The notes beneath the pieces were generated by a model. It ran no database searches, was not told where the DNA came from, and saw only the letters and a list, made by a program, of their open reading frames with translations. The position numbers and the translations under genes are program-made. This document shows positions 13,981-27,439 of a stretch of DNA of 64,000 nucleotides, piece after piece. How positions within the stretch are numbered: position 1 is the stretch's first letter; the number at the start of each line of letters is the position of its first letter. The DNA is from Chiloscyllium plagiosum (lineage: Eukaryota), in contig NC_057727.1 of NCBI RefSeq assembly GCF_004010195.1, positions 33,724,803 through 33,788,802 of the forward strand, in the 5' to 3' direction.

Positions 13981-16277
13981 CCCTTTCAGGATCTAAGGTT
14001 TTAGTTGGGTCTCGTGCAAAATACCAGCTGCTTCCAAATGCTTATAGTCTTGATGGCCTGACATCTGTAAAGACTCTATCCTTTCACCCAGTTTCTCTCT
14101 CTCCACTTATTCAACCATCCTCTCAGCACACTCACCAACACACTAAGAGTTTTAAGAGCTTCCCTGAATATGTCAACTGATGTTACAACAAGGTGGTAGT
14201 TCCTCTGCACTGACCATTTTCACCAGTTTTTTCCTGGATTGCTGGATGAAGGCTTTGTTGTTGATGTAACTGATGTTATGTTGACGGTTCTCAATTAAAA
14301 GATCTCGAGAGGGTAGAACCCCACATGTGAGTTCCTGTTGGAAATGCTGGGAGAAACCTTCCAGCTTAACAAGAGCTTGCAGATGTTGAGTCCTGAAGGC
14401 TGTGAACTGCCTAAGTAGAAAATTAAACTAGAGCCTTCAGATCACCCTTGGTCTTATTGAATGGCAGAGCAGGCTCAAGGCTCCAAATGCACAGAATTTA
14501 TTAAAGTGGAAGCAGAAGGAAGAGAGGTTCTGGCTTTGACGAAGGACAGATCTTTCAGGACCAGAGAAGACAAGATCAGAGAGATTGTGAATGCATCACA
14601 GGTACGAAGGCTGGAAGAAAGGATAGAGTCAAATGAAAATCAGGCAATTGATCATTTAGCTCATTGATGGTTTTAAAGGACTTTATATTTGTTTTTTTCT
14701 ATGTAACAAAATGGAGTAACTGCACCGGAAATAGGAGCAGACTATACAGGCCATCAAACCTGTTCGCCATTCAATACAATCATGATTTCAACACCATTTT
14801 TTTATCTGTTCTCAATAACACTTCTTCCCCAAGACACTTAAAAACCCTCCTATCTCAAAATTAAATATCTTCAGTGGTGGAGCATCCATAGTCCTTGGTG
14901 GGGAGGGGAGGGGAGAGAATTTCATTGATCATGACCCTTTAAGTGAAGTATTTTCTTATCCCCTCCATCCTAAATGATTGACTTGTTATTCCGAAACTAT
15001 GTCTGATTCCCCAGCCAGGGAGAATAACATAGAAGTGTGTGTTCTGTCAACCTGTTTTATAATCTTCAATGTTTCACTGAGATCTTATATTCTTCTAGAC
15101 TCAAAGGAATATAGGGCAGAGTATAACCGTCTCCTGCTTGGCAGGTTTGTGAGGTGGGAGATCCTGTAATATTCCCTGATGTTCTTCCCATACCTACCCC
15201 ATCTGCATTGTCCTGTCAACAATGTTTACGTGGGACAGGTGAAGCCTGGCACAGCACCCCCCCCCCCCCCCCCCCCCCTCACCCCCACCACATCGCCCTG
15301 AATTGAGGCCCTTTATTTAGAGGTCACTTCCCTCAATTTTGAAGCTACAGAAGGAGTTCAAGGGGGGAGGCCCAATAGGTCACCATGCTTGGGCCTTGGG
15401 CTGATAAGGGAATGTCTCCCTCAAGGGCTCCCTTATCTCAGAGCTATACACCTGGGAAGCTTCCTGTCATCCTGGCCTCTGCATCAATCCTGGTCTCTCC
15501 ATCCTGGCTCATTCCCAGCCAAGTCCCTGCCAAATTAGTTTATATATCCCTGTCCCATCACGGGATCCCCTGTACTTAGCTGATCCAAGATTTGGAATCT
15601 GGAGACTGTTCACATCTTAGATCTCTCCACTACTGGAATTTACATGTTGCCATCCAATCAGGTTGTCTGAGGTGTCCAACTGAGCCCAATCATAAAGGGC
15701 TGTGATTGGTGGGGATTCATTCCTGTCACACGATCAACATAAATAATGGCCAGTGTATGCAATCTCTACACTGTAATATAATGCATTATACTCCCTGAAG
15801 TTGAGGAGAATGAGACATGATTACACTGAAACATTCAAGATTATAAAGGGGTTGGACAGGATACATATTGCAATGTTATTTTCCACGGCTGGAGAATCTA
15901 AGATGCAGGCACACAATTTCAGAATAACAAATCAGGCACTTAGGATGGAGATGAGAGGCTACTTCCCTCAAAGGGTAATGGATCATTGAAATTCTTTCCC
16001 CTTCGAGGATTGTGGATGGTCCATCTCTAAAGATATTTAATTTTGCAACAGTCAGGTGTTTTTGTGTCTTGTGGAAACAGTGTTATGGAGAGCAGACAGG
16101 AAAATGGCATTAAAACACTGATTGTATCGAATGGTGGAACAGGTTTGATAGGTCTTGGACATGTATTTACTAACAGTTAAATGTAAAATTGTATATAAAT
16201 TGAATCCTCACTAGAATGACACGTAACTATGGAATGTATATACTATCAAATATGATTATACCTTTTGACTTTCTTAG

Positions 16278-16332
16278 ATTCTTCAGGGCCTTGTGGATGT
16301 TCGACTGCCTCACAATGACTTTTATCGTGAAT
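16278..16332 (+). CDS. ABHD6: ABHD6 coding exon (ILQGLVDVRLPHNDFYRE/L)
   Basis: ttcttag acceptor, gtaag donor, 55 nt. Matches recalled human ILQGLVDVRIPHNNFYRK. Too short for the ORF track; read by hand. Confidence 0.95.
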
Positions 16333-16854
16333 GTAAGACCATTTTATTTAATATACTTTTCTCTCTTTACCATAAATTAGTCCTTTTTAATCTGCAATTG
16401 TTAAAGATTAATGTAGAAGGTGGGATCCTGGACAGTTTTGTTTAGGAGATATTATAATAAGATCATAAGGAATGAGTTAGGACTCTGGTCCCAACCCTGA
16501 TTTTGGTGATTGGAGTCATAGTGCACCGTTGTCCATATGAACAGGCATTCACATCTTCATTATAACTTGTAACAGGTAGCACACTTAGCAACACCGCACT
16601 TCAACATTTAATTGGAAAGGATTCAAATTATATCACATTACATACCAGAGTTACCCAGTTCAATAAAGTTAATAAAATAATTACCATATGATTCAAAATG
16701 ATTTATGTCGATATATAAACCAAAAGTGTAATCAATTTTTACAAAAAAACTACATTGAATATACAGTACAGAAACAAACTCTCTTGGCCCAAGCTCTTCA
16801 TACTAATGTCAATGCTTTGTGTGAAACTTCTCCCACAATTCTTCATCAAACCTG

Positions 16855-17540
16855 ATGTGGAGGGGCTGGTATTGGACTGGAGTAGACAAAGTTAAAAATC
16901 ACACCATAACAGGTTTATTTGGAAGTACTAACATTCAGAGCGCTGCTCCTTCATCGGGTAACTGGTGAGGCAGGATCATAAAACACAGAATTTATAGCAA
17001 AAGATCACAGTGTCATGCAATTAAAACGATATACTGAACAAACCTAAATTACTGTTAAGTCTTTCATCTTTTAGAATGTGTTGCAGGTTTTGGTTCATTA
17101 ATATGTAAATCCCAGAACTTCTTTCAAGTCACATTCTTGAGATAACTTAAGGTTTTATTTTTAAAAAGTGACATCTCAGCTCAGACAATGTATTAAAGGT
17201 ATGAGGTTAGAGTCTGTCTGTATCTCAATCTTGAGTCTGACTGGTTCTATTTCCAAAGTCGGAATTTATAAAATGTTATATGAATTGACTGCCTGCAGAT
17301 TGTGTGCTTTTTGAACAAAAATAGAATATTTCTGCAAATACAATTTTGCAAATGCAAATTCACCCCATAGACGTGTGTGTGTACGCACATGTGGAGGGGA
17401 GTGAGTGAGTGTGACAAAATATAAGCCTGTGAGAGTGTGTGCATGTGGTTGTGAGTGTTGGAGGTGTATGTCTCTCTCTCTCTCTCTCTCTCTCTCACAC
17501 TCTAACTCTCTCCTGGTGTTGTGTGATTTTTATCTTCATC
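16855..17540 (-). mobile_element. PLE-derived repeat, second family (GGAGCAGCGCTCCGAAAGCT type); related copies at 37075-38425 and 45115-45910
   Basis: Shared AAAATCACACAAC...AACAGGTTTATTTGGAAG.ACTAGCTTTCGGAGCGCTGCTCCTTC sequence. The later two copies contain inverted arms. Confidence 0.7.
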
Positions 17541-17859
17541 ACATCTGACAGCATCATGTAGCATTTCGCGTCTGTTCTAATTTCTGGTTTCATTAAACAT
17601 ACAATCATTCTATGAAGTAATTTCTGTGAAACAATTTATATGAAAAAGCTGAAAAAACAACATAAAAATACTAATGTTCCATTAATTCCAGTGGAGAAAA
17701 CCGTCCTCTAAGTTTAAAAACGTAGGTATTCATTACACATTGGATAGTTTGTGATGCTTGGAAAACAGAATTTGGTGATGCCAACCCTATAAATATTCCT
17801 CCATATCATTGCAAAGATTCATGTCCATATATTAACATCACAAAGAGATTAGCGTTGTG

Positions 17860-19200
17860 TGTCTACCCACAGCACATTTCCCATTTTCTCACTCAAAAGT
17901 TCAGCTCTAATTATTAACCGGGCCCTTTGATCCTACACTCCCAATTACTGGAAGTAGGTCTTTCTCTTCTATCTGTTCCCCATAATGTGTTCAAAACTTT
18001 GATCTAATCAACCCCTAACCTTTTAAATTCCAAGAAATGCAATCTTATTTTATGTAATCTCCCCCTTGTGATTTAATCCTGAGAGTCCAGCTGTCATGGT
18101 GATAAATTCACTCTCTGCAAGGTATTATAAGATATCATGCTCAAAACTCCCAGTTCTCCAGATGTTCCTTTACAAGGGTTTTGATATCCAAAGCATGACT
18201 TCTATCTATTAGATGTAGAAACCAACATTACATGAATCTTCTTATTTATTTTTGTGTCTGCTCATGATGTTTTAATGATTTATGTGCATAGACTGTCATG
18301 GTATTTCGTGCTTCCACTATGGATTTCCTTATATTTGCATATACTTAAATCCATTGTCACAGTTTTGCCCTTTCACTAAATCTACCAATATCTCTCTTTG
18401 TAATGTGACACTTCCATCTATTCTGCTTATGTCATCTATTTTTCTATCATCAGCTTGGATGTATGGGTTTTTATCCTGCCACGTCAGATGTTATATAAGG
18501 TATTAGTTGTGGTCCCACTTAATTTCTTTCTCGGCACCAAATAAAGGTAAAGTCATCATAGCCTTATCAGACCGTAGGAGTGCTGTCCCATCAGAGACAA
18601 CTGGTACTGGTTTAAATGGAGGGTCAGTGCACATCAAATGAGAGGAGAGGTTGAGAAAGCGAGTGCTTCATGGTAACTTCAGCCAGTGCAGGAATTGCAT
18701 CCATACCTTGGCATCACTAAACAGCCATCCAGGCAACATTCTGTTAATTAGCATATCAGTCTATAAGTCCAACTCTTATCTCTTTCCAGTCAGCAGATTT
18801 TGGAACCTGGTCGATAATTTGCCTTCAATTCCATGAGTTTCACCTTCAGCTCACCATATCTCTTGGGGGACATTACCAGCTGCCTTATGGAGGTTCATAT
18901 GATTAATGTCCTTAGATATTCTCCTGACCATTATTTTGGTCACTGCTTCAAAAAATGTTGTTGCCATATTTGTCAAACATGACCTTCCCTTGAAATATCC
19001 ATACAGAATTGTTCTGATCAGATAACAAAAGTGCATTGTGTTCAGTCACCCTAAACTTAACTAAAATTTCTAATAATTTCCCAACAGTGGATGGGAGACT
19101 AATTGGTCTATAATTTCTGGGTAATCTGTAGGAATGGCTTCTGAATGAAGAATATAGTGAGGTCACCTGCAATGCTCTCACTTACTTCCTTTAAAGGTCT
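17860..19200 (-). mobile_element. Old CR1 LINE fragments
   Basis: PRNYRPISLPSTVGKLLE and GYFKGRSCLTN motifs on the minus strand. Confidence 0.75.
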
Positions 19201-20814
19201 CCTTATCACCCATTAGTGCCAGTAATTATAATCTTGTTTAAATGAACTTTGGTGAATTTTTACCTTGAGTACTACTTTTTCACAATCCTTTCTCTCAAGA
19301 TTATTACTCATGGATGACAAGATGCTTAGTTCTTTTGATCTTCAATATTTTCTTTAATACCCTGTCCTTTTGTCCCTTCTATTCATGCCTGTGGTTCATG
19401 TTCAGCTATGGTTTGCTGAGCACATTGGTAGTGTCTGCTGGTTATAAGTGCTAATCATCACAACTGTATTGACTGTTATTACAACCTTTCTTTTCATTGA
19501 TGCATCTTTTTAATGATCTGAAGTTCCTGTAAAAATTGTCACAAAAAGATTTCTAGGTTAAGAAAATGGGTCAGTATCAAGAAAAAGTGGGTCATTTTGA
19601 CGTTGGTGCTGGTACTATAACATCCTACTGATTTTCAAATAATTCTGTTTAGGTTGTTGGTGGTTTTTGTTTTCACAAACTTATATTGTGAAGATAAGGC
19701 ATAAAGCCAACAACATCTGGATTCAATAGTAAAAATAGTAAGCTCTCACTAAAATTAGAGCAAGATTTTGATTGGAATTAAGTCTGAAAATGTCAAATTA
19801 ACCTTTTAAGTACTGACTTTTCTCACTTTAAACAAATTAATGATACGTTGAAATGTTTTGTTTATTCAATCTAAAATGCCACAATTATTTTCTGTGCTAT
19901 TTTTTACATTTTTGTGTTAAACTTCATGTTACATTAATGTACATCACTCAACGTGTTATTGTGTTCTGCAATTAAACTAAATGGGAAAGCACAACACAGA
20001 CTTATTCTGTCCTTGCCTCCATTTGCTATGCATCATTTCTTAGTAATCATGAGGAAGCAAAACAGTGACTTATTTTTCTCTTGTCCAACCTGGGTTTATT
20101 AAAACCAGCCGTAGTGTCTACATTCTATCCCAGCTAAGATTATTAGAACAGCAAACACTGGGAGTCAAACTTAACACCTTGCAGTTTATACACTTACTCC
20201 ATCTGGTGGTCATTGTGTGGAGAACGCACTCACCTTGTTGCTGACAAAGGTATGTATTTACTTTTTCAAAGCAAGGCTAGATTAAAGATGTGTCATTTAA
20301 TTTATACTCCCATGTATGCCTTTTGTGATGAATAGGGCTGTAGATTTGACATGGTAAAAGTTTAGAAAAATGCTGAATTAGTAATTGGAGAAAGGTCAAA
20401 TATCACGGAAATCGCAGTACAAAAATTCACGAATAGCTACAGTTTCTGGTAAATAAACCATCTTTACTCTGCTGTATTTGTTTCTTTCACTCTTTTGCTG
20501 CAAGTCTATTCCTTGGTCTTACTTTATTCAATCTTTTATCTCTTATTTGTTAGATGTAACTTTCAACTATCAGGAGCATAAAAATGAACAATATTGGTCC
20601 AGCCACTCAGAACAAACCCCAGCGTGTTCTACTTTTCATTGAAGGCTACAACCTTAACCTCCCAAATCCATGACTGTCAAACAAGGACAGCAGTTGCACA
20701 GGAACATTATCACTTTCAAGTACTGTTCCCAAACATACACCATCTTCATTTTGACATATATTTCTTGTTCTTTCATTATTACTGCCTTACAAACCTGGAA
20801 TTCCTTATTAAGAA

Positions 20815-21635
20815 GAAGGGAGAAGATAAACTATAAGGGCAAACTAGCAAGTTATATCAAAACGGACAGGAAGAACCTCTTTGAAATATATAACAAGGTA
20901 GAGAGAGACCGAAGTGAACATAGGCCACCAGAGAAAGAGGCTGAGGCAATAACAATGAAAAACCAGAAAACGACAGAGGAATTGATTGAATACTTCAAGA
21001 CAGAGGATGCTAATACCATTTCACAAATGTGAAATATTCAAGGAGTTAAAGGTTGGAGGCAGTGCAGAAATAAGTACAATAATATTCAGTAGAGGAAAAA
21101 ATTACTAGGAAAACTAAGGGGACTAAATTCCAACAAGTCTCTGCCAGAATTTTAAAGGAAGCAGCAACAAACATGTACCAGTAGTAATCTTTCAAGAATC
21201 TTTAGATTCTGGAAAAGTCCAAGGGGATTTGAAAACTGCCCATGTAATATCTTTTATTCAAAGAGAGGGAGACAAAAAGTAGTTACGTTTAGGCCTGTTA
21301 GTTTAACATGTGTCATTGGGGGAAAAAAAGGCAACAGTCAATGTGCCTTCTCTATTCCCTTCTGAACCTGGATTCCAGCTTCTTGTGATTCATTACAAGG
21401 ATCCCCATTTCTTCTGTGTAACATTTTTCTGCGTTGTCCCACATTATATTCCATTCTTAAACTCGAATCCCTGGTTCTGAACTTTCCCACCATTTGAAAC
21501 ATCATTCTTGCATCTACCCTGTCTAATCGAATACGTATTTTAAAGGTTCCAGTGAGATCCTTCCTCACTCTTCTGAACCCCAACAAATATAATACTAAAT
21601 GTCAGTCCTGCCATGCCAGGAATCAGTCTGGTATT
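20815..21635. mobile_element. CR1 fragments (+ to ~21320, then -)
   Basis: KINYKGKLASYIKTDRK on +; LGFRRVRKDLTGTFKI on -. Confidence 0.7.
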
Positions 21636-22129
21636 GAAGCATATTATATGGCTGTAAAAATGTTTCCTTTACATAACATTAAACCAGCCTATTCTAATTT
21701 GCTGCGGCAAGTTTAGTTTGCAACTGTTATGCAAATACAGCAATTTCATGCCATTGAAAGCATTTTAATAAGCCAGACTGTGATGTAGTGTTTTTGCAAA
21801 CTAACAGTACATCAGTGCATCTCCAAAAAGCAAACTTTGTATTTCTTCTTTTAACCATCAATCTGCCCCTCACCTGAAGTTGCTATATTATTTGCATAAA
21901 TAACAGCGAGCCCTGTTAATCTCACTGCTATTCAGTCAAACTGTGGACTTTTGTTTTTTGTGTCAATCATTCATATTTGTAACCGACCTCCTCATCGAAA
22001 GAAGTGAAATATACTTTAAAAGTTGACTCTTGTCAAAACCCTTTATAATACTAAGCTTAAACATCTCATAGTTAAGACTTTAATTTTGTGGGTTTTTTTT
22101 TCAATTCTATCTCCTATGACAATTGACAG

Positions 22130-22230
22130 TGTTTCTGGAAATAGTTGGAGAAAACTCAAGACACACTTTGCAGGAAAACATGAAATTCATCAGAGCTCCA
22201 ACCCAGGTCATTTGGGGAAAGCAGGACCAG
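22130..22230 (+). CDS. ABHD6: ABHD6 coding exon with the catalytic Asp (L/FLEIVGENSRHTLQENMKFIRAPTQVIWGKQDQ)
   Basis: gacag acceptor, gtaaat donor, 101 nt. PTQ.IWGKQDQ motif. Confidence 0.95.
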
Positions 22231-23297
22231 GTAAATAAATAATTATGATGTTCGGATTACTTCGGCGTTATATTACTGGCCTAACAACACGCTGAAACTC
22301 AATGTTCAGATATTTGTATTCATAACTTTAATCTAAATGCAAAAGTTATTGGCACTCTTTTTATTAAAAGAAGGAAATCACTTGAACAGTAGTTTTCACA
22401 ACCATGGGATGTTTGAAAGTGAAGCATGGCTGCCAGTTGGTGCATGGCTAGGTTTCAGAAACTGCAATGAGATAGAAAACCAGTCAACCCGTTTAGTAAA
22501 ATTGACTGGGAAACAAATGTTGGCCAGAATAGTGGGAGGGCTCTTCTTTTATTCAAATAATGCCAGTGAACTTTTACATCCATCTTAAACAGCAGACTTG
22601 TTCAGTACTGCAATTAAATATTCTAGACTATATACTGTGTCTGGTAATTGGACTAAAATTAGCTTTATGACTCTAGAGGTGATGTTGTTACCACAGAACC
22701 AAAGCTGACATCATTTCATAATACCATCCTCAGACAATATTATGATGATGAACATAATTCTGAACTCAACCATGACATAAGTAATAAATAAATTATTACT
22801 TCCCTCCAATTTTTCTCTCCTGCTCTCCTGAATAAAAGGATTCCTGCAGGATGGAATTCTATACATAGCAACATTTCTCTGATTTGCAGCTGAGTGCTCA
22901 TAGTATTATTATGATCCAAGACAATGTAGGTGAAGTACACATCTCTGACAGGATCAATTAAGAGTCATTGGTCCATCATTAGTTTGAAAGTAAAATTAGT
23001 TACATATTTAGGATTTCAATTCTTATGTAAATGTTTGAGAATCAGATCTGTTGCAATTCATTATTAAATGAATCTAAATTGGAATTTAGTGTGAGTTTTT
23101 GACCAAAAAGCAGTACAGGAAGGAAAAATTGTAATTTAGTTTGAAAGTCAGTATCCTTTTGAAGAATGTTTGTAAAGAACTGAAAAGTTTGCATTAGTTT
23201 TAAAAGGCTCAACTGTATTTTTCTTGGATAATAAAAAATACTGGTCCATGTGACATTTAACCTGAAAGCAGTACAAACTAGCAGGTTAAGGAAGCAG

Positions 23298-24218
23298 ATA
23301 GAACATAGAACATTACAGCGCAGTACAGGCCCTTCGGCCCTCGGTCTGTGCGCCGACCTATGAAACCAATCTGAAGCCCATCTAACCTGCACGATTCCAT
23401 TCTCATCCATATGCCTATCCAATGACTATTTAAATGCCTGTAAAGTTGGTGAATCTACAACTGTTGCAAACAGTGCATTCCATGCCCCTACTACTCTGAG
23501 TAAAGAAACTACATCTGACATCTGTCCTATATCTATCACCCCCCAATTTGAAGCTATTACTCCTCGTGCTAGCCATCATCATCCTAGGAAAAGGATGTGA
23601 CTACCGTCCAACCTATCCAACCCTCTGATTATCTTATATGTCTCAATTAAGTCACCTTTCAACCTTCTCTCTAACGAAAACAGCCTCAAATCCCTCAACC
23701 CTTCCTCATAAGACCTTCCCTCCATACCTGGCAATATCCTAATAAATCTCCTCTACCCTTTCCAAAGCTTCCACATCCTTCCTATAATGCGGTGACCAGA
23801 ACTGCACACAATACTCCAAGTGCATCTGCACCAGAGTTTTGTATAGCTGCAGCATGAGCTCATGGTTCCGAAACTCAATCTCTCTACTAATAAAAGCTAA
23901 CATACTGTATGCCTTCTTAACAGCCCTATCAATGTGGGTGACAACTTTCAAGGAACTTTGTACCTGGATGCTGAGATCTCTCTCCTTATCTACATTATCC
24001 AGAATACCATTTTCCCAATTACTCTGCATTCCTGTTACTCCTTCCAAAGTGAATCACCTCACACTTTTCTGCATTAAGCTCCATTTGCCAACTCTCAGCC
24101 CAGCTATGCAGCTTATCCATGTCCCTCTGTATCCTGCAACATCCTTCTGCACTGTCCAAAACTATACTGACCTTAGTGTTTTCCGCAAATTTACTAACCC
24201 ATCCTTCTACACCCTCAT
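23298..24218 (-). mobile_element. CR1 LINE 3' portion with (GTTCTAT)n tail
   Basis: LQLYKTLV..HLEYCVQFWSPHYRKDVEALERV. Same subfamily as 29061-30407. Confidence 0.92.
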
Positions 24219-24760
24219 GAGTGCACCACAGAGAATTCTTGTGAGAAAAAGCAAATCATTTTTTGACAGATAAAAAGGCCCTGTGCAAAGTGATTAAAAT
24301 GGTCTAAAACATGCAAATCAATATGAAACTCTTGGAGAGACTAAATGTCACAAAATGACCATATGGATAGTTGACCAACCTGCGTGATGAAAGGCTGAAA
24401 ATGTGTTGCTGGAAAAGCGCAGCAGGTCAGGCAGCATCCAAGGAGCAGTAGAATCGACTTTTCGGGCATGAGCCCTTCTTCAGGATGAAAGGGACAGCAT
24501 AATGTGAAATTATGTAGTTACATGTTGCCACATTTAGGCAATGAGAGATGGAGATGTTTGTATTGTCTCGTGATCTTTGCATCAACTAAAAATGAAGTTT
24601 ACTTCTTTATTTAAAAAAATAATTTGCCTGATAAGGACAAAAAGTAGAATGCTGCTGGTAATTTCATCATCAGGAGTCATTCAACCAATGTGCTCATTTC
24701 ACTATACGGCTCTCCTGCTGGGATCTAAAGATTCCTGTTCCATGTTCTTCCTGTCCCTAG

Positions 24761-24943
24761 GTACTGGATGTTTCAGGAGCTGGAGTCCTTGCTGATAATA
24801 TTCCTGGCTGTAGAGTGGATCTCTTGGAAAACTGTGGCCATTCTGTGGTGATGGAGCGGCCCCGTAAAAGTGCTAAAATTATCCTGGAGTTTTCAGCTTC
24901 CCTGCAAAACACAAGATCAGAAAGCAATAAGAAGTTAGCCTAA
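24761..24943 (+). CDS. ABHD6: ABHD6 last coding exon with the catalytic His (VLDVSGAGVLADNIPGCRVDLLENCGHSVVMERPRKSAK...NKKLA*)
   Basis: ttcctgtccctag acceptor, 60 codons plus TAA at 24941-24943. LLENCGHSVVMERPRK motif. Confidence 0.96.
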   Translation, partial: VLDVSGAGVLADNIPGCRVDLLENCGHSVVMERPRKSAKIILEFSASLQNTRSESNKKLA

Positions 24944-27427
24944 CATTTATAAATGGAAACTGTATTGCTTTGGATTGCAAATAAAATGTAATGCTGTAGT
25001 AATTCCCCAGGAAGCAAAATGACTTGAATGAATGTTGATGCCGCAATTTCATCTGTTAAGAGCATTAATATTTGGTAGTGCTTTCAAAACACATAAACAC
25101 AATTTTGAAAGACACAGAGTATTGCCAGAAACTATATGCATGCGGTATATAAAAAGGAACATAAATCTCAGAAAAATGCTGTTCTTTGCCAGATTTCCCA
25201 CACTCGTTTGATCTTCATTTTGGCAGTCTATATTTCACCATTTGATGCAAATAGCAATGCAATATTTCCCATTTTTCAGTTCAAGACCAGTTTCATAAAA
25301 TTCACAAATCATTAGCATAATTTATTAAATATGTAATTTAGAAATTTTTTTGATTGCTTGGTTATTTAAATCTGTAGAAGGTGGTTTCAAAGCTTTTGTG
25401 GTTAGTAGTAACTTTTTCAACAATGATGTTGAAGGGAAGGTACAGTTGCTATCAATACTGTTTAATGGATATTTTAATGTCATTTTGATAGGAATTTGCA
25501 TTTGAGTGGCTATTTGTTTGTAACAATGTATTATAAAATTTCCTCTGAAACAATTGCTAAACTTCACTACAGTAATAAACATCGTGAACACAATGTTGCA
25601 TAATATCTGCTTTAACATACGATAAGCTGGGAAATAACTAATACATTACACAAACTTTGTTATTTATTTGAGGTTTAACACATTGGTTCAGTTTAGTATT
25701 TTATAAATAAACCAGCCCTGGGCAAACAGATTTCATGAAGTCAGTGAATCGAACAATAAAAATGTTCACTTAGGATACACCTTCAGAAGTAGGAGTCTTT
25801 CATAGTAAATTTTAATCTTACAAGTAAATATTTATGTGAAGAATATTACCAAGAAGTAAGGTGCTACTTTATCCACAAATCTGCGTTAGTTCATTGTTTA
25901 GACTTTTCCCTACCCTTGTGCTATTTGGCTCAACTGAGATGACTGTAGATCTTTAAACAAATTGGCGAAAGCTGTTTTCGGTGATGAGTAAGGTATCGTG
26001 GTTATCATTTCTTTATTCTACCAATGACTTATGAATTCTGTGAATTCTATTGCTATTATAATAAATATATGTAAAACATTTGTGATGCACCAATATTCCC
26101 ATGATCAACAATCACATTTAAATTGTAGAAACAAGTTTAATTGTTTTAGCAGTCAAATGCTGGAATCCCATGAGTGTTGAGAAAGGAATAATGCCTCAGC
26201 TGAATTTGTCTACAATTATTTGGCAAATTGCACTAACTCTTGAATTCTTGGATTATGACTATGAGCGTTGCACCTCAAAACAGGTTAGAACAGCAGCCCT
26301 CATTGTGGTCCATTTCAGCAACTGATGTTGACGGGAATTCAGTTCATGGTACTGAAATCTGCAGGAAAGATCAATAAGTATGAGGATGTTCTAAGTCAAA
26401 TGGGAAGTGTTATAGTTTACTGGGAATACTAAAATGTTTAACTGAGATTGAAATGCTTTTGTTCATGAATATTTTAAGTAAACAGTTTTTCCATAAAAAA
26501 CTAACTTTTCCTGAAAACTTTGGAAATATGTTAATATTAGCATTGCTTTCTAAAACTGAGTTCTGTAATATCTTTTCATCTCTGTGACCAAGGAATGAAA
26601 GTAGAACTGTCAGAAAAAGTAGTTTCTTCCTTCTTCCTCTGACTCTCTGTCATAAGCATGTTGCTTTTGAATGTGGTACAATGGGTGGGTACACTTACAG
26701 TCTATAAGAATATACATCATGGAAAAGATTGTATCCTATGGAGTGACTTTCTAGAGCCAATATCTTTTTGCGTGAATTGGGAAAGGTTTGTATTTTGAAA
26801 ATTTGTCTTGCTTATCCCGGGTTTGCTAAGTTGTACTAAGTTACTAATTATACACAATGCATTTCCAGTTCTTTGTTTATTTATTGTTTATCTTTCTCAG
26901 CCTAAGTGCTAATTTAATAAAATGATTAATATCCTTTAATTTTAGAACTTTTCTGATTGAAAATATTAAAATGATGTAGCATAAATGAATGGTCAGGGGC
27001 CACAGAAGTGAAGAACCCAGCCTTCCTATTGTTAACTATCCTGTTTATTGCAGATTTGTGAATAAGGCAAAGGTATAACTGGAAAAGATATCCAATAGAC
27101 TATTTGAAGAAAATCAGCTTGCTTACCGGAATAATCTGATGGGGACGTAATTGGTTATTTTTCACAAGGTCAGGATTTATGAATGAGATTTCTTTGAAAA
27201 ATTTATGTTCAGCCTTATAATTCAATATATGTTGCAGATGCTAGCAAGTGTTTAAGCTCCCTGACTGACATTTGCATTATTTAGGTACATGAGTAAATAA
27301 TGCTGTACCTTAGAGTACAAGTTTGTTGAAACGAGGAATGAAAATAATTTTTTTTTGAACTTCTTCCATTTGATTACATCCAGTTAATGTACAGGAATAA
27401 TTTTAAATATGCATGTTATAGAACAAA

Positions 27428-27439
27428 AATAAAAATAAA
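27428..27439 (+). terminator. Candidate distal ABHD6 poly(A) signal (two adjacent AATAAA); a proximal AATAAA lies at 24980-24985
   Basis: AATAAAAATAAA followed by a T/GT-rich tract, near the end of a ~2.8-kb AT-rich stretch with no recognisable repeats after the stop. Which site is used is not shown by sequence. Confidence 0.4.
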